A stretch of DNA of 62,524 nt, the filler included, from an uncultured bacterium (GTDB lineage: Bacteria; Latescibacterota; UBA2968), in NCBI GenBank assembly GCA_964471275.1. It is 19 parts of 19 records of this genome, joined end to end, with 100 filler letters (N's around TTAATTAATTAA, not from the genome) between each part and the next. Parts side by side here need not be neighbours in the genome. Positions count along the whole stretch, not along the records: positions 17,584 to 20,884 come from CAYYGZ010000344.1; positions 20,985 to 24,239 come from CAYYGZ010000345.1; positions 24,340 to 27,590 come from CAYYGZ010000346.1; positions 27,691 to 30,930 come from CAYYGZ010000347.1; 15 more parts are not named here. One strand, given 5' to 3'. A model generated the notes under the pieces. The model saw only the letters and a program-made list of their open reading frames with translations, was not told the origin of the DNA and made no database searches. Of the stretch, positions 20,039-30,392 are shown piece by piece; positions within the stretch are counted from its first letter, which is position 1, and each line of letters starts with the position of its first letter. The position numbers were made by a program, and so were the translations under genes.

Positions 20039-20753
20039 CTAGAAGAGCGCACGCTTAATGTTCCGGATTGCCTGACGAATCCGATGGTCATTCTCCACGA
20101 GCGAGATTCTCACATACCCCTCCCCGTTATCCCCGAACCCGACTCCGGGTGAGACGGCAACTTCCGCCTCCTCCATCAGTTTCATCGAGAACTTCATCGA
20201 TCCCATTTCCTGATACTGCTCCGGGATTGGCGCCCACAGGAACATCGAAGCTTTTGGGATTGGGACCTGCCAGCCGATCCGATTCAGCCCTTCTACAAGC
20301 GTGTCACGTCTGTGCTGATAGCGTTCCCTTGCGATCCGGACGCAGTCCTGGGGGCCATCGAGAGCGGCGATCGCAGAGACCTGAATCGGTGTGTAGACCC
20401 CGTAGTCGTAGTAGTTCTTTATTACGGACAGAGCGCTGATGATCTCCGGATTCCCCAGGCAGAAGCCTACACGCGCGCCGGCCATGTTGTAGGACTTCGA
20501 CATCGTGTAGAACTCGACACCGACGTCTTTTGCTCCTTTGACCTGCAACAAGCTCGGCACGTCGAAGCCATCAAAGGCGATGTCCGAGTAGGCCATGTCG
20601 TGGATGACGATGATGTCCTGTCGACGCGCGAAGTCCACGATTTCCTCGAAGAAGCTGATGTCGACCGTCGCCGTCGTCGGGTTGTGCGGAAAATTGAAGA
20701 TCATGACCTTCGGTCGCGGCCATAGCTCCCGGGTTATCATCTCGATGTCGGGC
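20039..20753 (-). CDS. Class I aminotransferase (AlaC/LL-DAP aminotransferase-like); N-terminus missing
   Basis: NFPHNPT, HDMAYSDI, EFYTMSKSYNMAGARVG, SPGVGFG..GEGYVR; homology stops abruptly near 20753. Confidence 0.85.
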
Positions 20754-21265
20754 CGAACTCGACGCCCTCCTCGCAAAGGTCGACGCATGATGCAGGCGTC
20801 GCTGTGGGACAAGGGCGGCGTCGTTTCGAACGAGCACCCGGTCACGTCGCATGTAGCGGCCGCGACCGTCAAAGCCGGATCTCANNNNNNNNNNNNNNNN
20901 NNNNNNNNNNNNNNNNNNNNNNNNNNNNTTAATTAATTAANNNNNNNNNNNNNNNNNNNNNNNNNNNNNNNNNNNNNNNNNNNNGGCCGGGCGCCGGGGG
21001 GGGCCGGGGGGCACGCGCGGCGGGGGCGCGGCGCTCCCGGGGGTACTGGAGCGGGGGGATTTCGGGCTCGCCGCGGTCCATTTACTCAAGATCAGGCCTG
21101 CTGACAGGGCCAGCCCCTCGGGTCAGCTGAGCGAGCGCGTTCTTGGGAACTTTTGAGGCGCAGTCAAAAGTCCTCGCTGACACGGGCCGGCGAAACGTGG
21201 TGGTGGGGCAGTACCAACCCCAGAATACGGGGTATCATCACAACATTTGCGGAAGAGCTATCTAA

Positions 21266-21988
21266 ATGCCACCCAATCGCAAATCATTCAAGCGTCCCCC
21301 AAAACGATTTCAACCCAGGGGGCTCCTTGTCGTATACGAGGATCATGATATCGTCGTTGTTAATAAGGCCAGTGGTCTTCTGACAGTAAGTACCGACAGA
21401 GTTCGCAAGAACACGGCCTACTTTCTGCTAACCGACTACGTATGCAAAGGAGATCCCAGATCCAAGAATCGAGTGTTTATCGTGCACCGGCTGGACAGGG
21501 ACACGTCAGGGGTTATCGTGTTCGCCAAGAGTGAACCTGCGAAACGCTTTCTCCAGGATGAGTGGTCGAGCTTTCAGAAAACATACCTTGCCGTCGTTCA
21601 CGGGAAACTTGATGTAGAAGAGGGCGTAATTAGCTCTCACCTCGCCGAGAATGCTGCCCATAGAATGTATTCTGTGAAAGACCCGGCCTCGGGGAAACTG
21701 GCAAAGACGGGCTACAAGGTCCTGGGCGAATCAGGTAAATACTCTCTACTTGAGATTGATCTTCAAACCGGAAGAAAGAACCAGATCCGAGTTCACTTCG
21801 CAGAGAAGGGCCACCCCGTTGTCGGGGATAGGATGTACGGAAGGAAAGAGGAGCGATCCATCAAGAGGCTAGCTCTCCACGCTGCATCCCTGGGCTTGAA
21901 GCATCCCTATTCGAAGGAGGAAATGACTTTCGATACGGAGATGCCCGCTTACTTCAGATCACTCATGCAGCAATCAAAGCGAGTCTAG
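21266..21988 (+). CDS. RluA-family pseudouridine synthase
   Basis: VYED.DIVVVNKASG, VHRLDRDTSG (catalytic Asp), TGRKNQIRVH, HPVVGD..YG, LHA. Confidence 0.93.
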   Translation: MPPNRKSFKRPPKRFQPRGLLVVYEDHDIVVVNKASGLLTVSTDRVRKNTAYFLLTDYVCKGDPRSKNRVFIVHRLDRDTSGVIVFAKSEPAKRFLQDEWSSFQKTYLAVVHGKLDVEEGVISSHLAENAAHRMYSVKDPASGKLAKTGYKVLGESGKYSLLEIDLQTGRKNQIRVHFAEKGHPVVGDRMYGRKEERSIKRLALHAASLGLKHPYSKEEMTFDTEMPAYFRSLMQQSKRV

Positions 21989-22069
21989 TTCTGCAACCCC
22001 GAGCAAAAGGATGTGGCCATGCAAGAAGGTGGCTGAGGCAGGAACAAGCGCCAGGCTTACGATCAAGCC

Positions 22070-22199
22070 CTTAGGGCCGATTGATTACGACGAAGAGGCA
22101 GCCAACTCGGCACAGGAGGACTTCGTCATTGTCATTCATACCGACGAGGGCGTCCGGGGAATTGGCGAGACGAATACCAATCAATGGGTGACGCGCTGA
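22070..22199 (+). pseudogene. N-terminal remnant of an enolase-superfamily enzyme
   Basis: SAQEDFVIVIHTDEGVRGIGE matches the capping-domain motif, then the frame ends. Confidence 0.55.
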
Positions 22200-22220
22200 A
22201 TCTGGAGGGAACACCAACTC

Positions 22221-23333
22221 ATGAGCTATGTATCTATGCGGGAACAGATGCCAGCCGTGCTGCGTGGAGATCTGCCGCAGCGCGTGCCGTTCTTTCCCAC
22301 GATCTATATCGACCACGCCTGCGTCGCCTGCGATACGACGTTCGAGGAGGCGATTATCAATCCCGCCCTCGGGCAGAAGTGTATGCTGGATGCGGCGAGG
22401 CGGTATGAGACCGGAATCGTCCGATTCTGCACAGGCCCGGAGGCGTCGTGGTATGACCAGAAGCTCGTCGAATGGCGTGACGGGAAGCTTGTGGAGATCT
22501 TGCGCGATACCGGCAAGATCGAGGGGTTCTATGATGTCATGGGCGGCGGAGCACTGATCCGACACGAGAACCCGGACCCGCCGCGCAGCGTCGCCGACGT
22601 GCACGCGATCGAGGTGCCCTCGGCCGAGGAGTACCGGCAGCGCGGCTACTTCAGGGACATTGCACCGCTTGTGCGGGAGGCGCACCATGAGGGGATCTTC
22701 ACCGTCGGGATGGTATCGGGGCAGTCGCTCAACTATATGGTCGCGCAGATGGGCAACCCCGTGGACGCCATCCTGCTGTTCATCGACGCACCCGAGATGG
22801 CGTTCGCCCTGATCGACAAAGCGATCGCGATTTCGATCGAGAAGTGCAACGCGTTTCTCGAAGCGGGGGTAGACTGTCTTTTTATCGGGGACTCGTATGC
22901 GTCGGCCAGTGTGATCTCGCCGCAGATCTATAAACGATTCTGCGCACCCGCCCAGCGACAGATGGCCGAAGAATTCCGTCCCCGCGGCGTGCCGAGTATC
23001 ACCCATTGCTGTGGTAACTACAACCCTTTGCTCGACGCCCTGCCGAGAACCGGTGTAGACGGAATGGACGGGATGGATCCGACGAGCGGCATGACCGTCG
23101 CCCACACCAAACAGTGTATCGGTGACCAGATGACCTTGATGGGCGGGCTGAGCTGTCTGAATCTGCTGGGAGGTACGCCGGAACAGGTCTACGCTGAAGC
23201 GCGGCAGTGTGTGGAGGCTGGCAAGCCCGGGGGGCGTTTCATCCTCGGAAGCGGGTGCGCCGTTGCCCGGTATACGCCACCGCAGAACGTGATCGCGGCG
23301 CGGCAGGCGACGCTGGATTTCGGTGTCTACTGA
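22221..23333 (+). CDS. Uroporphyrinogen decarboxylase family protein (MtaA/CmuA methyltransferase-like)
   Basis: RVPFFP, GDSYAS..ISP..Y, HCCG, LMGG, GTPEQV, FILGSGC (H-x-C...C zinc ligands). Confidence 0.85.
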   Translation: MSYVSMREQMPAVLRGDLPQRVPFFPTIYIDHACVACDTTFEEAIINPALGQKCMLDAARRYETGIVRFCTGPEASWYDQKLVEWRDGKLVEILRDTGKIEGFYDVMGGGALIRHENPDPPRSVADVHAIEVPSAEEYRQRGYFRDIAPLVREAHHEGIFTVGMVSGQSLNYMVAQMGNPVDAILLFIDAPEMAFALIDKAIAISIEKCNAFLEAGVDCLFIGDSYASASVISPQIYKRFCAPAQRQMAEEFRPRGVPSITHCCGNYNPLLDALPRTGVDGMDGMDPTSGMTVAHTKQCIGDQMTLMGGLSCLNLLGGTPEQVYAEARQCVEAGKPGGRFILGSGCAVARYTPPQNVIAARQATLDFGVY

Positions 23334-23543
23334 TCCGGACGTGGCCGCCAGCAGGACTGCAATCAGCTGCTGACAGATTTATGAAGACGCCTCGCCATTA
23401 CGCCTCGCCAGATTACCTTGCTGGAGAGCGAGAGAACACCCTCTATTCTTCCTATCCACCGATGGTCATCAATACTACCATCATTGCAGTCGCTCTGCTC
23501 CTTTCACTCTTGTCTCATAGAGACGTTCGGCAAGAAAGGACAC

Positions 23544-24239
23544 ATGAAGAAGATACTTATCCTGGCAATGGCAGCTGTGCTTGTAGGCTGCGCGACGATG
23601 CAGAAGCAGAGGGCAGCGGAGCCTTTCACCATCGCGGTCTTGCCTGACACCCAGTTCTACTGCGACACTCGACTCAAGCTATCCAGCAAGTGGGGCAACG
23701 GAGACCTGCGCCGCTACTTTTTCGAGCAAACTCGCTGGGTGCGTGACAATAGGGAGCGACTCAACATCGCCTTTCTCGTCCACGAAGGAGATATCGTGCA
23801 GACGGATGCCCCTGAGGAGTGGGCAATCGCAAAAGAAGCAATGTCTATACTGGACGGGAAAGTGCCCTATTGCATGTGCCTGGGAAACCATGACATGGGC
23901 TTCAAGAAGGCGGACAATAAGTATGGCGGCAATATCGGCGTCAACCGGACAACTCAATTCAACAATTACTTCCCGCGAGAAAAATTCGCAAAACGGCGCG
24001 AGTTTGGCGGCACATTTGATCCGGATCGCCACGACAATTCCTGGTACCACTTCGAGGCCGCAGGGCTGAAGTTTCTTATTGTAGCTCTTGAATACAACCC
24101 ACGCGACGAAGTCTTGGATTGGGCGAACAGAATAGTTGCCGAGCATCCTGACTACCGTGTCATTGCCCTGACGCACTCCTACCTGAAGGCAAACAAGACG
24201 AGAGCCACCAAGGAGCTGAAACTCAAAGGCAACAGCGGC
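23544..24239 (+). CDS. Calcineurin-like metallophosphoesterase lipoprotein (3' truncated)
   Basis: Lipobox LVGC; LPDTQ, HEGDIV, GNHD, THSY. Confidence 0.88.
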
Positions 24240-24396
24240 NNNNNNNNNNNNNNNNNNNNNNNNNNNNNNNNNNNNNNNNNNNNTTAATTAATTAANNNNN
24301 NNNNNNNNNNNNNNNNNNNNNNNNNNNNNNNNNNNNNNNTTGGCGTTGCGGAACGACGGAGGGACCGACGACGGGCTCGACGAATGGCGCCACATC

Positions 24397-24486
24397 CGGA
24401 GTTTTGAGCAGCGCGGCAGTCGGCGCTGCTCAAAAGCTCCGAAGTGATTGGTTAGGGCTCGACTCTGTCGAGCCCTAACCAATCAC
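24397..24486. repeat. Two adjacent palindromes (REP-like)
   Basis: CGGAG-TTTTGAGCAGCGC...GCGCTGCTCAAAA-g-CTCCG (24397-24441) and perfect GTGATTGGTTAGGGCTCGAC-tct-GTCGAGCCCTAACCAATCAC (24444-24486). Confidence 0.8.
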
Positions 24487-26300
24487 CCGCATGGGCATCA
24501 GTTTGCGGGCCGGATCAAGCTCGAAGTCGACGTCCACCACGGCAGAGCCATGGGCGAAACGCATCCGCCCCGTCCCCACCTCGGCCTGCGTACCCCCGGG
24601 CGCCTCATACAGCGGCCACTGGTCGTAGTCGACCACCTGACCATCGATGAGATGCTCGCCGTCATAGTCGATCTCCATGTGGGTGCCCGCCAGGGTCTGC
24701 ATCCGTACGCGATTCGCATCGGGCCAGTCCTGTAGATCGACCTTTAGTCCCTGGCGCTGCTGCCGGAACGCCTCGAATGACTCCACGTCCGTCGCCTCAA
24801 CCGCCTCGAGAGCAAGACCCGCATTGGGATCGTCGATGCGCAGCAACCAGCCATCAATCAGATCGCCACTGGTCACCATCGTGCCATCGTTGCGTGCTTC
24901 ACGGATCCGCTCCCAATGGTAGTTGCCGATGGGGCGCAGGCCGACGTAGAAATCCGTCTGATCTCCGAAAAGCCAACCATCCTTTTCGGTCCACTGCGTG
25001 CCGAGTGGCAGATACAGATTCACGAACGGAGCCTCGTCGTCTTCTGGAATGCGATACAGGACGAGGATCGCACCGTCGTGTTGGAGCATACGCTCGAACG
25101 GAGACGCACCAAACAGCCGATCCACGGACTGCAGATACGGCTTGTCACAGCCGATGGCGCGACGGGCGTTCTGTGGATAGGGCCCAAGAAAGGCGCTGAA
25201 GCGCTCCGGTCCCTGAAAGGGGTGGTTGCAGCAGATCTTGCCTTCGTGTTTCGGTGCTGACCAGGTCAGNNNNNNNNNNTCAGATCCCAGGAGACCAGAT
25301 CGATGGGGCCCGCCGCGGTGCCTGGCAGATTGATCTGCGCGGATCCGAGTGCGAAAGAACGGCTCATGTAGGTCGTCTTGTACACGGGATCGGCGGCGGC
25401 GGGACTGTGCCGGATGATATTGCGCGGCGCCTTCGTCTTGCGCACCCGCTGGGGGGTGGACCGGTCCCATGCCATCTCGGCGAACATGGATGGCGGCCGG
25501 TAGCCGGAGACGGCCGCTGGGATCGCGTAGTGATGAACGTGGTGACCGGCATCGAAGAGCTCGCCACCGAGATACAGATACTGCAGCGTCTGGATCGGTC
25601 CGACTCGAGTCCACGTGTTCTCGCGATACCCCTCCCGCGAATGGCTGCCAGCCCACGATCCGTTGAAATACTCCAGAGCCATATCGGCCATCTTCAGGGT
25701 CAGCACACGCTCGACCTGCTTGCGCAGGTGCTCATCACGCGTGTGTTCGAACAGCCCGATCAGAGGGGCCATGTGCTCTACGTGATAACCGGGAGAATCG
25801 TATTCGTGGTGGCCAAGGCGAGCCGTGCGTTCGATCGTTCCGAGGATCCACCGAGTCGCCTCACGTCGCATCGCTTCTGGAGAACAGCCATTCCACATGT
25901 TCGACGCGTCGGACCAACGCTCGGCGGCCAGTAGATTCCCCGTGTAGTACATCAGCCAGTGGTTCTCGGTGTTGCCCCGAGCCTGCACCCCCTCGAGAAA
26001 GAACGAGCGGATCGACTCGATCGCAGCAGAATCCATCACCGCTTCCCAGCGACAGAGCAGGAGCATGGCCGGCAGAATATGGAAGGGCCCACCGAGTTTG
26101 GCATCGTCACCGCCGGCAACGATTTCGTACAGGGTTCGATCGACGGCCTCAATCACCTGATCTGCCAAATCAGCCGCCTCGGCCTGCGTGTGCAGTTGGG
26201 CGTGAACCGACCACATGGAGTTCCGCCCGCTCTGCCTGACAGCTGCCAGAATCTGCTCGGCCCGTGCATCCACGTGCCGGTCATAGTCCATCTGCGTCAC
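24475..26300 (-). CDS. Large hypothetical protein with heparinase-like architecture (spans a 10-N gap)
   Basis: Two ORFs join across the gap at 25270-25279 (..SWDL / LTWSAP..); TENH, GHHEYDSPGY and AGSHSR motifs; GTG start with AGGA upstream. Confidence 0.65.
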
Positions 26301-27205
26301 GTCAGTCTTTCCTGAGCCGATACGCTTGAGCCAGATACTTGAGCCGGATAGATGGCGTGGACACTCACGAAGCTGCCCGTCTGCTGCCAACTGACACCTT
26401 CGTCGCTCGAACACCACAGACCACCGGGGTCTGCTCCGGCCAGCCAGACATCCTCGCGTGCGGCCAGACAGCGGATCAGTGCTCGTGGACCTGCCCGACG
26501 CCAACCCTCTTCGGACTGCACGTGAATCCCGTCGTAGCCACCCAGAATCAGTCGACCCGAAGATTCAGCGATGGAGAAGACGCTGCGGGTCGGGGCTTCG
26601 ATAGCGGTCCATTGATGGCCGTCCTCACTGCGCCAAAGTCCCTGGGTATCCGTACCTGCCAGCCAGTGATCTTCACGGTGCAGCAGGGATCGCACGGCGC
26701 TGGCACTCAGGTCGCTCAGACGCCAATGGAGACCGCCGTCATCACTGACCAGGACGCCCGCCTCGGTACCGGCGAGCCAGGGACCCGTCTCGTCGATCAG
26801 CAGGCAGTTGGTGAAGCGCTCATCGGGCACGTGATCTTCGGTTTGACTGCACCAGCGTGGCATGCCGATGTCATCGGTCGTCGCCCGTGCCACGCCGTAG
26901 GTGCCCGCCGCGATCACATCTGCTGTAGGCGACTGATATACGGCCGTGACCTCGGTCAAAGTCTCGTCATGGAGCTGACGCCACCGGACATCTGGATCGC
27001 CGCTGGCGAGCCATAGTCCGTGGCCCGCGGCAACGTAGATGTTGGCCGCTCGATCGGGCCGCGCCCAGTCGATGGCCAGATCGTTGGTGACATGCGTGTA
27101 GGGACCCAGACGCCGCCACCCATCGGTTGGCGTACCCATCCACACACCAAGAGCACCGATCACCCAGTCGTCCGGCCGCATGGGCGCCGTATTGGTGCGA
27201 TTCAT
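26297..27205 (-). CDS. BNR/WD40-like beta-propeller protein
   Basis: Repeated LAGT..G...S.DGG..W units (SDDGGLHW, RSEDGHQW, SSDEGVSW). Confidence 0.8.
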   Translation of the reverse strand: MNRTNTAPMRPDDWVIGALGVWMGTPTDGWRRLGPYTHVTNDLAIDWARPDRAANIYVAAGHGLWLASGDPDVRWRQLHDETLTEVTAVYQSPTADVIAAGTYGVARATTDDIGMPRWCSQTEDHVPDERFTNCLLIDETGPWLAGTEAGVLVSDDGGLHWRLSDLSASAVRSLLHREDHWLAGTDTQGLWRSEDGHQWTAIEAPTRSVFSIAESSGRLILGGYDGIHVQSEEGWRRAGPRALIRCLAAREDVWLAGADPGGLWCSSDEGVSWQQTGSFVSVHAIYPAQVSGSSVSAQERLT

Positions 27206-27216
27206 GGATGCGTCCG

Positions 27217-27590
27217 TTAATCGCCCTCGGCACGTTCGACGAGCTGCCGAAACAGACCGGCTCCATCGGCACCCATCCGCTCCGGATGGAACTGGACGCC
27301 CACGATCCTTCCCTCCTCAGATTCAAGAGCTTCGACGATCTGGTCATCGCTTCGAGCGGTGATCCGGAGACGGGCAGCGACGTCGACGACGGATTGGATA
27401 TGGTAGCTGTTGACACGACGACGTCCCTCCCCCAATGCTGCGGCCAACTGCGAATCGGGGGTCACCTCGATGTCGTGAAACACGTCTTCACCATCATTTC
27501 GCAGCGGCGAATGGGGATTCGCTGAAAAGTGGGCTTGGAGATCCGCGTTGATCGTACCACCGAATCGCGCATTGATAAACTGCATCCCGT
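27217..27590 (-). CDS. Peptidase C26 / gamma-glutamyl-GABA hydrolase family, C-terminal part
   Basis: GMQ.IN..FGG, VNSYHIQ, GVQFHPE. Confidence 0.88.
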
Positions 27591-27690
27591 NNNNNNNNNN
27601 NNNNNNNNNNNNNNNNNNNNNNNNNNNNNNNNNNTTAATTAATTAANNNNNNNNNNNNNNNNNNNNNNNNNNNNNNNNNNNNNNNNNNNN

Positions 27691-28278
27691 CGCCCAGACA
27701 CCATCTTCAGGTCGGGCGCAGGCCTCCCAATTTAGCATGTCCTCGGTAAACGGGATGCCGATCCGCTCGCACAGCACTCTGAGTACTCTCCCGGGGTCGA
27801 GAAGTGTTTCTCGTGCGTCCAGGACGGACGGGTTCTGTCCATCAGCCAACAACTGATCGAGAAGCTCCGCTTGCCGCCGGAGCCCGGTGTCAGCCAGCGT
27901 CGGGTTCGGAAGCTGATTCACGAGTGATGGCAGCATTTCGAAAGGGTCGCGGATCAGGAGCACATTCACCGTGCGAGACAGAAACGAGAGATCCAGGTCG
28001 ACGAGGTGATGCGCCATCTGTTTCATGAAGAGGATGGGGCGATCACACGGACCCAGGATCATATCGCGACTGACACGATCCCCGTCCGGATCCATCGCCG
28101 CAAGGACGTCTTCCCGTCCCGGATGGTCGGCACCCGATACGCGCAGATAGTGCGCATAGAGCGGTTCATCGATCACACGGGTGTCGGACCGCTGGGCGAA
28201 GGCATACATCATTGCTGTCGATACGTTGCGCGGTCCCGACCACAGACATATCCGGGTGACGTTGCTCGAATCGGTCAC
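27691..28278 (-). CDS. Sulfotransferase-like P-loop domain protein (Sulfotransfer_5 type; 3' truncated)
   Basis: LWSGPRNVSTAMMYAFAQR.DT..DEPLYAHYL, KQMAHH, LIRDP, DGVWA. Confidence 0.8.
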
Positions 28279-29438
28279 TGCGTCCGTTCAGCGTCTAGTT
28301 CACGCATGATACCGTGGTGTCCCTTGCCCTGTGCTCGCAACTCGGCATAGCGGGCTTCGTCGATCCCTTCCCGTTTGAGAAATCCACGGATGTCGTAATA
28401 CCCCTCGATTTCGACGGGCAGCTTTCCTTCCTCGAGCATCCGATCGAGGGGATAGGCCTTCTCGGTCATGGGAAGCGTGATGCGTGAATGCTGTCTGGCG
28501 GATTCATAGATCGCCATCATGATTTCGACCGTGACACGCGCCTGCCTACCCGATCCGCGATGCTCGGGCCCGCCTTCTATCCAGGCCATCAGTTCACGAA
28601 CCTGCGCAGCGTTAGTGCTCCCACCAATCGCCTTTCGCCCGTCGGCCAGATCCAATTCGATGTCGTGCCAGCCGTTTGTCTTTCCATTGAACAGTCGAAG
28701 CGCCGTTTCCTTGACGTCGAGCATACCCTCGGTCCCCTGAATCTGGAAGTGGCCTGCGGCGGCACCTTTCCGCTCGAGGTCAGACTCGATCATGAGTTCG
28801 ACACCGGTGTCGAAGTGCACGAGACCGATACAGGCATCCTCGATCGCCACATCTCTCTCGTGACGATCTGTCTTGCGCTCCACGCTTCCCATCACCCAAT
28901 CAGGATTCGGGTCACCGAGAGCGAACCGGGTCCCGTCGATCGAGTGTGTGCCCCAGTTTGCCAATCCCTCGGCAACGCGGTTCCGCGCGAAGATCGGTTC
29001 GCCGATCGCGCCTTCCGCAACCAGTTCGCGCGCACGTTCCCAGCCGGGCGTGAATCGGCGCTGATGGCTGATGACGAGCTTTGTTCCGCTTGCGTCACAC
29101 GCATCGACCATGCTGTCGGCCTCGGCCATCCCGATCGCCATCGGCTTCTCGCAGATCACGCCGGGAACGCCGGCTCTGGCCGCAGCCACCGTCAGGCCTG
29201 GATGCAGCAGGTGCCAGGTACAGACACTGACGATATCGGGTGATTCGTTTGCGAGCATCTCTTCGATCGATGCGTAACCCTTCGGGATATCAAAATCGCC
29301 AATGTAGGACTGGCGTGCCGGCTCGTATGGATCGACGGCTGCGATGATCTCGATATTGTCGAGCAGGTGATATCCCTCGACGTGAGAGTGGCCGATGCCG
29401 CCGCATCCCACGATCGCTATCTTGTAGGTCTTGCTCAT
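28275..29438 (-). CDS. Gfo/Idh/MocA family oxidoreductase
   Basis: IVGCGGIG, CEKPMA, HQRRF, GTHSID. Confidence 0.92.
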   Translation of the reverse strand: MSKTYKIAIVGCGGIGHSHVEGYHLLDNIEIIAAVDPYEPARQSYIGDFDIPKGYASIEEMLANESPDIVSVCTWHLLHPGLTVAAARAGVPGVICEKPMAIGMAEADSMVDACDASGTKLVISHQRRFTPGWERARELVAEGAIGEPIFARNRVAEGLANWGTHSIDGTRFALGDPNPDWVMGSVERKTDRHERDVAIEDACIGLVHFDTGVELMIESDLERKGAAAGHFQIQGTEGMLDVKETALRLFNGKTNGWHDIELDLADGRKAIGGSTNAAQVRELMAWIEGGPEHRGSGRQARVTVEIMMAIYESARQHSRITLPMTEKAYPLDRMLEEGKLPVEIEGYYDIRGFLKREGIDEARYAELRAQGKGHHGIMRELDAERTQ

Positions 29439-29450
29439 GTCCGCATCCAA

Positions 29451-30272
29451 CTAGGGACGCTCTCCTTTCGACAACCGAATGTTGATTTCGTCGAGAATGT
29501 CCGGAACATCCCAGATTCCGTCGACGGTGTAGTGTGCGCCGATGTCATTCATTCGGATTCGCGCCCTGTCGAGGTGACCGGCCAACTCAGACGCCTCGAG
29601 GTCACCGATCTCCGCCTCGTTTAGACCGATTTCATTCCCGGTTTTGGCCAACCCAATCGTCCACATCCCGGCGTTGAGCCCTTCTTCGATCCCGGGCAGT
29701 GTGTCATCGACCTTCACGCAGGCTTCGAAGGGATAGGTCCCGAGTATCTGGGCGTTCTGCACACACATCCACGGCGCCGGTCGACCTTCAGGAACATCGG
29801 TAGCGCACACGGATGCGTCGGGTGCGTAGCCACGCGATTTCGCCTCCTGCTTCAGCAGCGTCATCATCTCTCCCGTGTAGCCCGTGGTCGACCCTATTTT
29901 GAGATCCCTTGACCGGAAACTCTCAACAGCCTCCAGCGTACCGGGGATGAGCGCGGCATAGTCTGCCAGACAATCGAGCTGCAGCGGGACAAAGGCTTCG
30001 AACATGCGCTCGACATCACCTTCCTCAGGGTTCCTCCCGTGTGCTGCGTTCCACTTCTCGCGAACCGACTCGATCTGCGAGATCTTCCGAATGTGAACTT
30101 TCTTATGCGCGCCCATCGGCTCGCGCGCTTCGGGCATGGTGATGTCCACGCCTTCACGACGGTAGACCTCGATGAACACGACGGCAGGGGCGTAGCAGCC
30201 GTAGTCCATGGTCGTACCCGCCCAATCGAGGATGATGCACTGTAGTGGATCGGTATATGTCTTGCGCGGCAT
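29451..30272 (-). CDS. phnX: Phosphonoacetaldehyde hydrolase (phosphonatase)
   Basis: DWAGTTMDYG, MGAHKKVHIR (Schiff-base Lys), GRPAPWM, VKVDDT.PGI.EG.NAGMW. Confidence 0.95.
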   Translation of the reverse strand: MPRKTYTDPLQCIILDWAGTTMDYGCYAPAVVFIEVYRREGVDITMPEAREPMGAHKKVHIRKISQIESVREKWNAAHGRNPEEGDVERMFEAFVPLQLDCLADYAALIPGTLEAVESFRSRDLKIGSTTGYTGEMMTLLKQEAKSRGYAPDASVCATDVPEGRPAPWMCVQNAQILGTYPFEACVKVDDTLPGIEEGLNAGMWTIGLAKTGNEIGLNEAEIGDLEASELAGHLDRARIRMNDIGAHYTVDGIWDVPDILDEINIRLSKGERP

Positions 30273-30392
30273 AGAAACAATCCTGGCAGGGGTGCAGAGG
30301 AGCAGGGGCGAAGAGCCGGGCTCCTCAGGAATACGGTTCAGAGTTGGCGACAAGATACGAAGGGTATACGGGCAAACAACCGAATTGAGGGA

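Noticed and set aside
20985..21070. Extremely G/C-rich stretch as G-quadruplex or regulatory element
   Set aside because: Low-complexity sequence at a contig edge; most likely a sequencing or assembly artefact.
21095..21150. Integron attC site upstream of the RluA gene
   Set aside because: A GCTGAC...GTCAGC hairpin exists, but matching RYYYAAC/GTTRRRY core sites are not evident and there is no integrase or second site.
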